A stretch of DNA of 63,014 bases, counting the filler, from Octopus bimaculoides (Eukaryota): assembly GCF_001194135.2 (NCBI RefSeq). It is 4 parts of 4 records of this genome, joined end to end, with 100 filler letters (N's around TTAATTAATTAA, not from the genome) between each part and the next. Parts side by side here need not be neighbours in the genome. Positions count along the whole stretch, not along the records: positions 33,288 to 61,696 come from NC_068988.1; 3 more parts are not named here. One strand, given 5' to 3'. The notes below the pieces were generated by a model. The model was not told where the DNA came from, did no database searches, and worked only from the letters and a program-made list of their open reading frames with translations. This document shows, in pieces, positions 34,416-49,267 of this stretch. Positions within the stretch are counted from its first letter, which is position 1. The number at the start of each line of letters is the position of its first letter. Made by a program: the position numbers and the translations under genes.

Positions 34416-37400
34416 TGTTATGGAGATAATAGTAATAATGGTACACCCCTCCCAATGACGAGTGATATGTGCTTGTCATTATAAACACTGTCAGTCAGTG
34501 TCAGTTTGGTAGAGAGTACGAATTGGACTGTCATACATAGTCGTAGTCTTGTCTAACTAACTATACTGCTATACCGGAGTGTGATAACAGTCAAATGAAA
34601 GGATCACAACAGTGGCGACGAGGAAATAAATTCACGATGAATTAAACAAACTCTCAAGAAGTTACGAAATTCACGAAAGTTTTTGTGCGAATTTTACGGG
34701 ATACAAAATCGTAAAATTATAGAAAATCTGTTGGCCGGTTTGCTCGAGTTGCAAAAAGCAGTAACAACAACTGAAAGAACAATAACAACAACGATTACTA
34801 TTACAGCAACAAACGCTGCAATTAATGAATAGTGAGTCGTCAGACAATTATGAATGAAAAGATGTTCTCGGCAGATTATGTTGCAAACTCAATAACAGAA
34901 TTTAAGTATGAACCAGACAAAGGAATTATCTTCGATGCGTACTATAGAAGATACGAACAAATCTTCAATAAAGAGTGCAAAGATTGGGACGACGATATGA
35001 GCAATTAAGTACTCCCGAATAAACCTTCTGACATAAGCTTCAAAGATACAATAGACATATTGTATAAAATTTTTAGCGAGAAATGTTCATTGTTCAATAC
35101 ATGCTGGAGATGTTTGAACGTAGAAAAGCACAATGAGGAGGACTACATCACATATGCTGGTAGACTTAACAGAGAATGTGAAAAGTTCAAACTGAACGAA
35201 TTAACGCCAGATATTTTAAAGTGCCTGATATTTACTCAGAGACTAACTGCATCAAATGATGCAGAAGTAAGAACAAGAATTCTCGCTATGCTGGAAGAAA
35301 ACCAAGCTGTAACCTTACAAGTGTCAGAAGAGTGTGAAAGAAGAGTAAATCTAAGACACGACACAGAAAATTGAACATAAATATTGCTTCCAAGTGAAAC
35401 AAGTGCGAAAAAGGCAGGGTAGAAAGCAAGTGTGTACCAAAATACAGTACAAACAGGACAAAAATCAGGACAAAGCCCATGCTTTGCATGTGGAGGTCTA
35501 CATCTGAGAAAAAACTGTCCATTAAAAAAAGCGGAACGTTTCTGTTATGGAAAAATGGGACACATAAAAGCGCACTGTAAAAGCGCACTGTAAAAGCGCA
35601 CTGTAAAAGCGCACTGTATTCGAAAAGATTAAAGAATATGGCTTCAAGTTAAAGGTAGAAAATGCAANNNNNNNNNNTGTATTCGAAAAGATTAAAGAAT
35701 ATGGCTTCAAGTTAAAGGTAGAAAATGCGAGTTCTTTCTGAAAACAAATTAAATACTTGGGCCAGATTATAGATAAAAATGGATGGCAACCGAGTCCATC
35801 CAGCGCAATTGTGATAAACAAAGTGTGCCCACGCCGAATAATGTTACTATGCTACAAGAATTTTGGGGTTTACTAAATTACTATAAAATTTACATTTCCA
35901 ATATACACAATGTAAGGGATTCACTCAATGATTTGCTAAGGAAAAATGCAAAATGGTGCTGGGCTGATAAGTGCCAGAAGGCATTTGACGAGTTAAAAAA
36001 CATTTTAACATCGGACTAACCGTTAATGCATGTTGATTGGATATTATATTGGCTACAGGTGCGAGGGATCACTGTTTAGGAGCTGTACTTCTCCACAAAT
36101 GTAACGATGGGAGTAAAAAGGTTATAACCCATGCGTCACGATCGGTATTGCCAGCTGAAAGGAACTATAGAAATAGAAAAGGAAGCATTAACAATCATAT
36201 TTGATGTGAAAAAATTCCATAGATTTATTCATGGTAGAAGTTCTGTCTACAAACGGATCACCACCTACAACTGTCAATATACGGTTCTAAAAAAGGAATA
36301 CCAACACACACACCTAATAAACTACAGCGATGGGGCACTATATTATTGAATTATGATTACAAAATATTTGCTGTCAAAAAAACTAGGGCATGGCTTGTCC
36401 AGACTGATACCGAAACCCTGCAAGCCATTTGGAGATATGGTAATCGCAGCTTTAAGATCAGAAGGAAAATTTTAAAATGTAACGTGGAATGTGATACGCG
36501 AATTACCGGTAACCCTAGAAGGCATAAAACGAAATGCGGCAAAGGACAAATTCATAGAAGAAATGAGAAAAATATTGTGGTAAGGAGAAGTAAATAGAAA
36601 CAGGATTGGTACGAAATGAAACCAAGACGTGAACCTATACTCAATTTGTGATGAGGTACTAATGTATGCACAGTGAGTAGTGATACCTGAATGCTTTGTC
36701 GATACATTCAAGTGAGCCCTAAGAAAGTAGAATAAGGAAATCACGGATGAGGTAGCTCTACAACACTTCTTAAGAGTATACCGTGTGATACCAAATGCAA
36801 ATGCACCAGCAAGTATGTCACCAGCAGAGCTGTTGTTCGCGAGAAAAGTACAATCAGTCTTCGACAAATTTCTACCTGACAAGAAAAGAAAAATTGGAAT
36901 GGAAAATACAGCAAGATATTTCAAAACTAGTGAAAAGGTATTTGTGAGGATATATAAGAAAGGAAAACAAAGTTGGGAAGATGGCGTAATTACCAAATGC
37001 ATAGGGAAAGTGCTATACTTCGTAAAAGGAAGAAAAGGGGTATACAAGACACACATGAACTAACTGAAAAGAAGATTCGTTGATAGCGAACTCAAGAGAA
37101 TGGAAGAACCAATGGAACTGTTATATGATACTTTTCAAGTACCAACACCACTACAAGTAATTGAACCCAGACGCACGAGCGTAAGAAAAAAAATATATAC
37201 AGAGTTCCTGGAAGTGGTTACCAAACGAAAGAGATATTAAATGTGTAACTATAAAAAAGGAGGAGGTGAGGTGATGTAAAAATTATTGTTATTAAAAGAA
37301 ATAAAATTACACTCCCTTAGAAAAAAAGAAAAACTTAAAAGGGGTGATGTTATGGGGATAATAGTAATAATGGTACGCACCACTCACGTGTCAAGTGGTA

Positions 37401-37550
37401 TGTGATAGTCATTATAAATATTGTCAGTCAGTGTCAGTGCAGTAGAGAGTACGAAGCAGTCGGTCATAGATAATCGTGGTGTTACTTGTCTAACTAACTA
37501 TACTGCTATAGCGAGTGGGCGTTATAACAGTCCAATAGAGTATTACAACA
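34416..37550 (+). mobile_element. Gypsy (Mag-like) LTR retrotransposon, decayed and internally deleted
   Basis: TG...CA LTRs 34416-34611 and 37348-37550 (visibly diverged, roughly 80% identical by eye); PBS TGGCGACGAG at 34613; purine tract before the 3' LTR; TSD GTGAT/GTGAC; gag (FKYEPDKGIIFDAYYRRYE, Zn knuckles), RT end (KYLGQII, GLLNYY), RNase H (EKEALTIIF), integrase end (SPAELLF). Confidence 0.92.
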
Positions 37551-38593
37551 GTGACTATTAGTTAGACAAGTGTCAAAAAGTTTATTTTCAATTTCTTTTG
37601 TAACGGCTTAGTGTTTGGATGAATACATTGAAAATATTAGAGCTGTAGGTTTGAGAGTTCTACTGATAAAAATGCGTGCGAGAAAGAAGAAAATGGTGAA
37701 CAAAAAAATAAAGAGTGATAAATGTGAATGGCATATATTTAAAATTTGACTCCAGGAAAAACCTGGTTCAAAATAACTAGGAACATCGATCAAGAGTAAA
37801 TAGACTGTAATAAAAAAAAAAACACTTCACCTGGAGAAAGATGAACTGATGAATTTTTATTGATTAAATTTAATATAGTTTTACAGGAACGACAAATCTT
37901 TCGATGCATTGAATTTGTGATAATTTGCGTTTTTCCACTTAAAAGTATTTCAGATCTCATTAGTATCTTATGGCCTTTGGTAAAATATTAATGCCGAGAT
38001 ATTCGACTTCCTCGCCCTCAAAAATTATTGTACCTTGTATTAGTTTTTTTTATGTATTTTATACTGTTAACTATTATTTCATGATGGTTTATTAAAATAC
38101 ATACCTTTGCTAGAATCAAGAAAATTTATTTATGCTTCTTCCATAAATATCGTCCCCATCAAATTTTATTCTAAAAATATTGACATCGTTCCAAATAAAA
38201 AAAATTAATACTTTATTGAATCTTTTCCACCGTCTGAAAGAAAGTCATTTTATGTAGAATGTCAGTAAGTATTTTTACTTTCGAAAGTAAACAGAAAAGC
38301 GTCGAGAACAGTTCTATTGTTTATTAGGTGAAGTGTTTTGTGGTAATATTGCTGTCAAAGTTAAGTGTATTGTTTAAAATAAATGTTTGTACATAGTTTC
38401 GTTCAAGTGAATGCCCATGCATTTTTACAACATCCACGTCTAGATATTTTCTGATATTTAGCCAAAGTGCTTGAGAAAGAACATTTCAGCTAAAGCGTTG
38501 GTTGCAAGATTACATTTCAATGTATACATGCGATATACTTGTATACCTTTTAAGAAAAAAAAAATATATATATATATATAACGTTGATATGTA

Positions 38594-39394
<801 letters not shown>

Positions 39395-40679
39395 TATATA
39401 ACATTTAGAGAAGTGGCGGAATACATATGAACTATCAACACAGGAGTCAAGAATGTACTACCTGCTGAAGGCATTTGCTGTATATACTACTCCGGTGTTT
39501 ATCTGTTGGTGGAGCGTACATAACTGTCGACAACAACAGTGCCTAGAGATAATCATTAAATTTATGAAGCTGTGAGATGGAGAGAGACATTATCCTTAAA
39601 GAAAAGCAGATGACAAAGACAAGAGAGTACATTTTCTGTCGTTCTTTCTCCCAGGGCCAATACAATACATTGCGTTAATATATCATGAGGAATAAGCGTC
39701 TTCTATAAAAATAATTATCATCATGATAAATGTTTTCAGGTTGACTGATCTTCACACGTAATTCCACACATTTAAGAAGTTCAAATGACCGAACTCTAAA
39801 GAACTAGATATGTTTCCTCCTTTCACACTTTTAGCGTCTTGCTCAAGATCAATTATCATTATAATATTACTGCATTTCGTTCTACAACTTCATATATAAC
39901 TTGTATCTCGTCACATTTTATTGATTTTCAATCTTTTTACAAGTTCTCAGATTCATGAAAGAGGTGACATTTATGTTATAATATTCGAAGCATTAGCCCT
40001 GTTAGAGATGTGAAATGGCTAAAATTAAGTATCGAAACGGATTTAAAGCAAAAACTGCAGTGTTTATGACCTTTGTTAAAATTTGTAGAGTATTCATATT
40101 AGTCGGATATTTTAATGTAACATACTAAGATTATTCACAAAGTTCAATGAACCTTCTTGTTTTCGGATAATGATTAATATGTCAATTATTTTTGTTTTGT
40201 AAATGTCTTAATGCAGACCGCATTAGAAAGAAGCTTATTTAATTCACTGATATCAGTTGATAAAATCTGATATCTTATAGATGCATGTGATAACAAAGTA
40301 TTAATAATAGAAGGCACATAATTAATTTGTCTTGTTTAATATAATTTGTCTTCGTCTAACATTACGAACATTCCCTGCAAATATTCTCTTAAGATTCATT
40401 CGTCACCAATTTGATTCCTATACATTCATCTCTTCATTTAGCAGCATCGTTCAAGTAGCATTTATTATATTACCGAAAAGCATTTTTGAACAACAAATAT
40501 ATATCGCTAATGTTATAAAAAGTGTGTTTTGATTTCATAAAATTGCTGCCGTATGTGTGTGTGTGTGTCATAATCAAGCAGGAAATACAACAGTTTACTT
40601 TAATACTTAGTACAACAGTTGTCAAGTAGTTGTCCTTAGTATAAATTATTCGTGAATGTAATTTCAAAATTTTCTTTTC

Positions 40680-40820
40680 TCAACGTTGAATATCAAAAAT
40701 CTCCGCCGAGGTCGACTTTGCCTTTCATCATTTTCTGGATCGATAAAATGAGTACCAGTTGAGCACTGGGGTCGATGTAATCGAATTATCCGCTCCCTCT
40801 AACTTGCTGCTTTGTGCAAA
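40680..40820 (+). mobile_element. tRNA-derived SINE fragment
   Basis: ccgccgaggtcgactttgcctttcatc...gtaccagttgagcactggggtcgatgtaatcga, followed by an (ATC)/(ATT) tail. Confidence 0.8.
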
Positions 40821-40844
40821 AATTTGAAATCATCATCATCATCA

Positions 40845-40885
<41 letters not shown>

Positions 40886-41420
40886 GAGTGAGAGAGAGCA
40901 GCGCATGCCATCAAAGTGATTCTAGGGTAAAATATACGAAGCCCAGTATGCCCAACGTAACTACCAGTCTGATAAGGGTATCCCAGGAACACATATCACA
41001 ACCATATGTCAGCGACATGGTAAATTTCATATCAAGACAAATAGCGCATGACCATGAAGATGGAACCCAGTTAGAATTTTCCTTAAGTCAAATAGCCTAT
41101 CCCGCTCAAAGATCATTGAATAAGGTTTTTTTTAAGGATGATGAACGAAACATCTATGTTTCCAGAGGCGAATTATTCAAACCCCAAGGAATCCCTCTCA
41201 ACACATGGCTATGATGCTTCCCCACTACTTCTGCTCGCAGACATACATATCATCGGCCATTAAGAGACATGCTCAACTGGTTATGGTGAAGCAACTGACT
41301 CGCAAATTTGTGGTATTGAGCAGGATATTTGCTGTAACCCATTTTTTAAAGTTTTTTACCATGTCAAAACATGTTTTACACATAACATTTCTTATCAGTT
41401 AAGATCCAAAGCTATGAGAA

Positions 41421-41625
41421 CCACTGCCTGGTACTGCATCAGGGCATGGCCAGGGCATGGCCAGGGCATGGCCAGGGCATGGCCAGGGCATGGCCAGGGC
41501 ATGGCCAGGACATGGCCACGGCATGGTACTGCATCAGAGCCACTGCTTGGCACTGCATTAGGACATAGCCACTGCCTGGTACTGCATCAAGGCATGGTCT
41601 CTGCCTGGAACTGCATCAAAGCATT
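41421..41625. repeat. GC-rich compound minisatellite (30-bp units with an 11-bp CAGGGCATGGC x~8 expansion)
   Basis: CCACTGCCTGGTACTGCATCAGGGCATGG-like units at 41421, 41541, 41571 and 41600; 11-mer array at 41440-41527. Confidence 0.9.
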
Positions 41626-41626
41626 G

Positions 41627-44040
41627 TTATTATTATTATTGTTCATTAGTTTTAATTTTATAACGTGCTTTCACTTCACTACCGGGCGCAGCTCTGTGCG
41701 CCTCGGGTATGTGCTGTGGTTTGCTGTGATGCTCTTATGGTTACTGTATTGAAAGTGTTTTGCGTAGGATGTGTGCAGTAGCGCAATTTTCTGTATGTTA
41801 TATATATTTGTAAGTCCTGGTGTTTTTGTTATGTATTTGTCTGAATATTTTTTTATTATACCTAAGGCACCTACTATGATAGGAATTGTTTCTATTTTTA
41901 GATTCCACATTCGAGTTACCTCTATTTCCAGGTCTTTGTATTTTGAAAGTCTTTCCATTTCTTTTAGGGAAACGTTGTCATCTGCTGGTATTGATACATC
42001 AATTAGAAAGCATTCTTTTTCTTCATGATCTTTGACAACTATATCTGGTCTATTTGCCTTAATTTCTCTATCTGTGTGTATTGGCATATCCCAGAGTGTG
42101 TATTGGCATATCCCAGATAATACTTTCCTAAAGATGTGCACTGTGCCCAATAAGGCTGCTTTTTGCAAGACATCAATCTTGCATGGGATTTCCAGTTGCC
42201 TTCAGAAATCTTGAAGTTTCACTGGGATTGAGCCCACTGGTATTACTTTTACATTACCCTCTCGCATTCCATACAGTCTTGCTATTTTCACTTTCACTTC
42301 GGAGTACTTGGTGATTTTTTTCAACCTCTTTACTCACAACATTCATGTCATTTGGTATGACTACATCAATGATCTGACAGTATTTGTCTCTCTTATTCAA
42401 TATGACAATATCCGGCCGACGTTGTTCGGTTACAAGATCCGTCTAAAAACCATAGCCCCACAGTATCATTACTTTTCCATCCTCCTGCATAAATTTACTT
42501 GGTACATGCTCATACCAGTTTTCTGTTACTTCATATTGGTATTTACGGCATAAGAGCCATTGAAGATACAAACACACTTTATCAAGGTGGCGCTTGTATT
42601 CTTTTTGTGAAAGGCTATCACATCCACTTACCAAGTGGGTCACATTTTCCACACTTTTTCCACAGTGTCTGCATTTCTGGGTGTCAGAAGTTTTATAGAT
42701 ATTATACTTCACTGACTTGGTAGCGAGAGCTTGGTCTTGTGCAGCAATGATCAGGCTTTCAGTGATACGCTTCAAATCACCTCACTCAAGCCGTGCCCAC
42801 GATGCTGTATTATCCTTCACGTTCTGTGTATTCCTTTCAAACTGCCCATGCATTCTCAGTTCAAGAAGGTCTTCTTTTCTTTTCTCCTCAGCTTTTTGGT
42901 TAAACTCTTCCTTGATCATTTCATCTGCATTTACATCCATATCTTTCGCGGCATATTGCAGCAGGTCTTCATCACTATCAAATACTCTCCCTTCACTCCT
43001 TATACTAATTAGTCCTCTGCCACCATTCTTTATTTTCATATACAGTGTGTTTACGTTTGATTTAGGGTGTAGTGCCCCATGCATCGTCAACTTTCTCGTC
43101 CTTCTATTCAGTGTTGATATTTCCTCCTTACTTCATTTGAGGATGGACGCACTATATCTGATCACCGTTAATCAAATTTTTGGCATTCACGTTGGATTTC
43201 AACACCATCTTCACCCTTTTCTGATACTCCTCGCTGACCTTGACTTTCATTTCAGCAACACCAAAAATCTGCAGGCGTTCAACGATCCAAAAATGAGGCA
43301 TCATATCATATCATATGCCTTCTTAAAGTCAATCCAAGCCATAGACATGTTTGTATGATGGTTTTTACAATGCCTTGAAATTTTTTATCGATGACCAGGT
43401 GATCCTTGGTACCCTGAAAACTCTTCTTACATCCTTTTTGTTCTCTTGGTAGTATTTCTTCCTGTGCCAGGAAAGTATATGTCTTCGCCGCACATATTCC
43501 AGTGAGTACCTTCCAGATTATTTTTAGGCATGCTATGGACGCTAGTTTCCCCACAATATTGCCCCTCTCTTCTATCTTTCATTATAAGTGTTGTCCTCCC
43601 AGTCACTATCCACACGAGGACTATAGCTTTCTGGAACACTCATTCAATTCGGTTGGTAGTTTTTCATGCACTGCACGGCGTCTCTTCAGTCAAAAGCCAT
43701 GAATCCCATCTGGTACGGAGGCTTTCCAGTTAGCCACTTTAACCACTTGTTCTTTCATGTCAACCGTGCTTAGGACAATATTTGTTTCTGTCCTCCTTGT
43801 AATTCTATCTTGATAGTTCCTATCCACTTTGCATCCCTTTTATTCACCACATTGTTTCCCCATAATCCACTCCAGAACTCTTTGACTTGATTTGCATCAG
43901 GAGCAACATTTTCCCCATTGTCTCCTTCTATCGTTCGGAAGGATTGCTTCGGGTTATTTTTTAACAATCTGTTCTCCTCGAACTGTTATTTCTGTTCACA
44001 AATCTCCTGATCTTCTAGGTTTTGGCGATGATCCTCTGTT
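41627..44040 (-). mobile_element. R4/Dong non-LTR retrotransposon remnants (RT + CCHC + RLE), at least two tandem copies
   Basis: EQKGCKK...GTKDHLVIDK, LYMKIKNGGRGLIS, ESLIIAAQDQAL, CRHCGKSVENVTHLVSGC, ANRPDIVV, IDVSIPAD, PIIVGALG; (TAA)n at the 3' end. Confidence 0.92.
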
Positions 44041-44061
44041 TTAACTGTTTCAACAAGGACC

Positions 44062-44210
44062 TCAGACAGACAGTACTTTACGCAATATGCGTTCAGTTCC
44101 AAGTAAGGCCGATTTTTGCAATACACGTAAATTGTAGGGCATTCCTAAAGTTTCCAGAAGTTTCTTCAGGTTAAGTGGTATTGAGCCCAATGCTCCGACG
44201 ACAATGTGAC
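44062..44210 (-). mobile_element. Further R4/Dong 3'-end fragment
   Basis: IVVGALGSIPLNLKKLLETLGMPYNLRVLQKSALLGTERILRKVLSV*. Confidence 0.85.
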
Positions 44211-44265
44211 AACCTTTAAGTTGACTCATGTAGATGCTGCATCTTGGCGATCTCAATTCTAAGAG

Positions 44266-44302
<37 letters not shown>

Positions 44303-44644
44303 AGTTCTGTCATTATTGTTGTTGTTGTTGTTGTTGTATCTTTTGTCTCTAATGTCGTGGTGCCGCCACGATATTGTGACTGATGATTTAGATACACTGT
44401 ACCAGCGTTGTAACAGCAAACAAGATAACGATGCAGCCGCAATAACAACGTAACGATCCAGCAATCTCTTCACGAATCAACAATCCATATTCCAAACGAA
44501 CAGACCAATCAGCACCTTCCAACTTCACAGCGACCTAATACACAACTAAAACTAATACACAAACTTCATCCCGTCCGCTACTATTCATCAGCGTTCGGTC
44601 CAGTCTATTTCTCGCAAAAGGGCGTCGTGGCACTCATCACAGCA

Positions 44645-44858
<214 letters not shown>

Positions 44859-45282
44859 GCGAAAATTGGCGTAACTCTTCACAAAGGCAAATAGACAACA
44901 AGAAGAGAGCGATGCGATTTGCAATACATAGAGATTGACTCTGTTTATTGACTTGAACGAATTGAACAATATTTCGAAAGATTGTCTGTCTTCTTCGGGT
45001 TCAAGATGTAAAATGAAAATTGCGAAATGAGGAGCGAACATAGCTTTCGTAAATTTGTATATCAGCATATTCGTTAACGTTACGAATTAATTTACTTAAC
45101 CTTTGACATAGGGGATATGTTTCGGAATAAATTTATATGCGTGCATTAAATAAATAAGCGTTTAGTTTTGCTATGAAAATACGCAGATCTCTTCGCAGCA
45201 CGGAAGAAAGAAAAAAACGTGAGTAGTTTTGATTGTTTTCGAAATCCTCGGCATAGCTCTCATCATCAAATCTACACAAACT

Positions 45283-45595
45283 GGCGCTCCGTCGGTTGCG
45301 ACGACGTATGATCTAGTTGACCTCATCAATGTAACAGCCTACACGTAAAATTACCGTGCAAGTGGCTGAACATTCCACAGACACGCGTATCCTTAACCTA
45401 GTTCCCATTGAGATTCAGTATGGCATACAGTATGACAAGGCTGGTCGTTTGAACTCATTTTTGTCAGCTAAGAGTACTGGAGCAACGTGAAATAAAGTGT
45501 ATTTCTCAAGGATACAACGCGTCGCTAGGTATCAAACTCACGACCTCACGATCACGAGCCGAATATCTTAATCACTAAGCAACTTGCCTTCACAA
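45283..45595 (-). mobile_element. tRNA-derived SINE (same family as 62166-62527)
   Basis: Shared 3' part (gacggagcgcc/gacggagtgcc) and central ctggagcaacgtgaaataaagtg block. Confidence 0.75.
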
Positions 45596-45953
45596 TCTAC
45601 ACAAAGACAGATAGATAAATGGCTATGTAGATAAATAGATAGAGAGTGAGTGAGAAAGAGAATGTAACTCACCATCACTTCTAAAAAAAAAAGCCGATGG
45701 AGAACAGGCACCGATTTAAAATAATTCACTTATCATTATGTTCGTTGACGAATGTACATGCAGAGAAAGTTGAAATGTACTCCTATTAAACGTTCGCATA
45801 TAAATAAATTGACAAACTTTTTCCCCATATCAAGGCTGAAAGATATTAGTTTAACGTTATATCTCTTCATGCACAGATTCAATTTGTCTTTTATGCTTAC
45901 GAGATCGACAAATTAAGAATCAGACCAGTATGGCTGGATTCCAGTGACAGAAT

Positions 45954-45987
<34 letters not shown>

Positions 45988-47264
45988 TGTATCTGTGAAT
46001 GTGTGGTTCTCTTGCATGTTATTTTGTGTGCAAGTTACATATATGTATATATATATAATTATATAAACCTAATTTCAGAAAGAAAAATATAGAAAAAACG
46101 GAATGGCAGGAATGATACAAGTAATTTTATACATATTATGATGAAGTGCAATGAGATATCAACTGTGACATATGCCGTATTATCAATTGATTTTGACGTA
46201 GTTTTAATTCTCAAATACTGTAATACTATCAATCATTAGTCTGTTCAGTAGCTAATACCCTATTCATCTAAATGATAGATAATCTAGCATCAGATATTGT
46301 TTTTGCTTCTTTGTTTTTTTTTTCTCCCTCACTTTCGCTCTCTTATTATGTCGCACGCAAAAAGTATTTGCACACACACACACACACACAAATACACTTG
46401 CATATACATACGTATCTATATTTAAATATACACAGGTGCTTATAAGCTGTTGCTCTTGCAGATTTGCACATTTGTACATGCACACAGTCACACACATAAA
46501 TATACATATCTATGTTTATGTGTGCATATGTATGATTATTTCAATGGGAACAAGAAGAAAAACGGCTAATTCGATATTGAGTAGATACTGAAAGTTGAAT
46601 GTAGAAAGCAGTGCCTTTATTGAAGCTGAAACCTCCAGAAATCGTTACTTCGATTTTTCCCTTTTCGATATTCAGGGGATAATGAAAGCAAAAAGTGAAA
46701 CAGTAGAGAGGAGCATGTAAGCATACAAGGCCCTATCTTTTTTTTTAATTTTTTTTTTTTATCAGATTCGTTTCTCAGGCACTTTTCAAATTTATCTTGA
46801 CGGATGATATATAAGGGGTGATTATGGCCGTATTAGAACTTATTTACAAATATATTCGACATATACTGTATACTGTTTAACTGCGTCAGGACGCCGAACC
46901 CTAACAGAGTTATAGTATACCTTCTCATCTACTTTTGTCAGTGAGTGTCCGTGTGTGAAGGCGTATCTACTTGCTGTACGTCACAACAATAGTCATTTAC
47001 AAGATTCGTTCATATTCATTACATTTTATTCTGAGTCATACTGTCAGGTTTTACGTCAATTATTCTTAACAGACCATTACGTAACTTCACTTGTTTCCTG
47101 ATATACCTCCTCTGAGATCAATACTATCAATCACAGTCAGTTTTTAGAAACAAGAGAGTCACATGCTTGGACTGCAATAACCTCGCAACACATTTCACGC
47201 TTGATAATTTTATATTCTAACTATTTTGTTTACTTATAGATTTGTTGGTTAGAATATGAAATTA

Positions 47265-47459
47265 TCAGGCGTTTGATATAAATCGTTCGGCAAGTTCCGT
47301 CGAACTACTGTTATAGTGCCTGGCATCATACCTATGTCCACTGAAGCTTTCATTTAATTTTTTTGTAGTACAGCCAACATAAATCAAGCCGTGTTTGGTG
47401 CAGACCGCTGCATACACCAAATGAGAATCTTTACATATCCCACCTTCTATATAAATCAT
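47265..47459 (-). mobile_element. Penelope-like GIY-YIG endonuclease fragment
   Basis: CKDSHLVYAAVCTKHGLIYVGCTTKKLNESFSGHR fits VY...C...YVG.T...L..RF..H. Confidence 0.75.
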
Positions 47460-47626
47460 AACATTTCATTCACGATTTGCGATGGAGTTGAATTCACTCA
47501 TGTTGTTGCTCTGTGAACAGAGCTCATCTGTGTTGGGGCGTTTTTCGGGGCGCAGCGTTCAGAAACTCCAATTCGGCTGTAAACTACATTTTCACATTCA
47601 TACTACAACTTCCACCACGACCATCC

Positions 47627-47671
<45 letters not shown>

Positions 47672-47757
47672 ATACTCACTCACTCACTCACTCTCATTCT
47701 CTCAGACACACACTCACTCATTCTCTCTCTCTCCCTCTCTCCCTCTCNNNNNNNNNN

Positions 47758-47818
<61 letters not shown>

Positions 47819-47912
47819 TTTCAGCAAAACAAAATGTATGTCCGCATTCAAATTCATTCACCAACGTGCACACACAAATATATACATATGTATGAAAATA
47901 TATGTGCAAATA

Positions 47913-48955
47913 CAGGGGTTGCACAAAATAATGGAAACACCTTAAAATGTCTTTGGCAGTAATTACAGCTTGAATTCTACAGGTACAAAGTTTGAATTGT
48001 TTCCAAAGGAATTTTTGTCCATTCTTCAGCTAAAACAGTCTCCAGTCCTTGTAGTGATGATAGTGGGGGATATCGACTCCTAGGTTGTTTTTTTCGAAAA
48101 TGCATTATAAATGTTCAATGATAATGAGATCTGGGGACTGTGGTGGCCAGATAAGATCGTCAAGTTCGCTAGAATGTTTCTCGTGCCATTCAGTAACAAC
48201 TTTAGCTGTGTGAATTGGTGCATTATCATCCTGAAAGATTGCGTTTCCCTCCGGAAACAGTTCCGCAACCATAGGATGAATTTGATCAGATAAAATGCTT
48301 AATTAGTCTTGACTATTAATTCTGCCGTGAAGGGAAACCATTGGGCCGGCGAATTTCCAAGACATCACAGATCATCACTGATCCTCCTCCACTCTAGATC
48401 ATCACAGATCCTCCTCCATGTTTAACAGTTAGAAGACAGTCTGGGTGAAATGCTTCTTTTGGTTGTCTCCACACGTATACTCAGCCAAGGGTCAAAAATA
48501 AGGTAACGGATGACTCGTCCGAGGGAATAACATTCTTCCACTGCTCTAGGGACCAATTGTGTAGGTTTTTACTCCACCCTAAACGCTTTGCAACGTTTGG
48601 TTTTGAAAGTAATGGTTTTGTGATTGCAGCCCTCCCGTGAAATCCGCCTTTGTACAGCTCTCGGCGAACAATTTTTGTGGAAACTGGGTTCTCAAGGTGG
48701 TCATTAAGCTCTGCAGTAATTTTAGGAGCTGTGCTTTTGTGATCCTTTTTAACAATTCGCTTAAGTGTCTGAAAGTTTTGGTTTTCTTCCGGAGATTTGT
48801 TTCGACGAGGTTTTCCTTCTTTCGCAAAGGCTGTCATTACTTTCGAGATAGTACTTCTTGATACACCAAACATTTCGGCTATTTTCGTTACGCTAGCACC
48901 TGCCATACGAGCACCAACAATTTGAGCTCTTTGAAAGCCTGACAGATCTGTCATG
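47913..48955 (-). mobile_element. Tc1 transposon (DD34E), decayed; 5' end lost in gap
   Basis: ORF 48481-48954 (HTH, GRAAITKPLL, SDES), then TVKHGGGSVM, FQDDNAPIHTAK, WPPQSPDLIIIEHL; terminus TA-CAGGGGTTGCACAAAATAATGGAAACAC. Confidence 0.92.
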
Positions 48956-49236
48956 NNNNNNNNNNNNNNNNNNNNNNNNNNNNNNNNNNNNNNNNNNNNN
49001 NNNNNNNNNNNNNNNNNNNNNNNNNNNNNNNNNNNNNNNNNNNNNNNNNNNNNNNNNNNNNNNNNNNNNNNNNNNNNNNNNNNNNNNNNNNNNNNNNNNN
49101 NNNNNNNNNNNNNNNNNNNNNNNNNNNNNNNNNNNNNNNNNNNNNNNNNTATATTCCACTGTGGGTTTTGTCTCTTAGCTTTTTTTACTTTTGTTTCAAC
49201 CGTCCAAATTATCTTAAATTATACGTGTATGTGCAT

Positions 49237-49267
<31 letters not shown>

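Noticed and set aside
35616-35728. Direct repeats flanking 10-N gaps (also 2343-2440)
   Set aside because: Unmerged contig overlaps, not biological duplications.
41414-41752. ORF with repeated WPGHGQGMARA
   Set aside because: Translation of a minisatellite running into a TTA tract and LINE tail.
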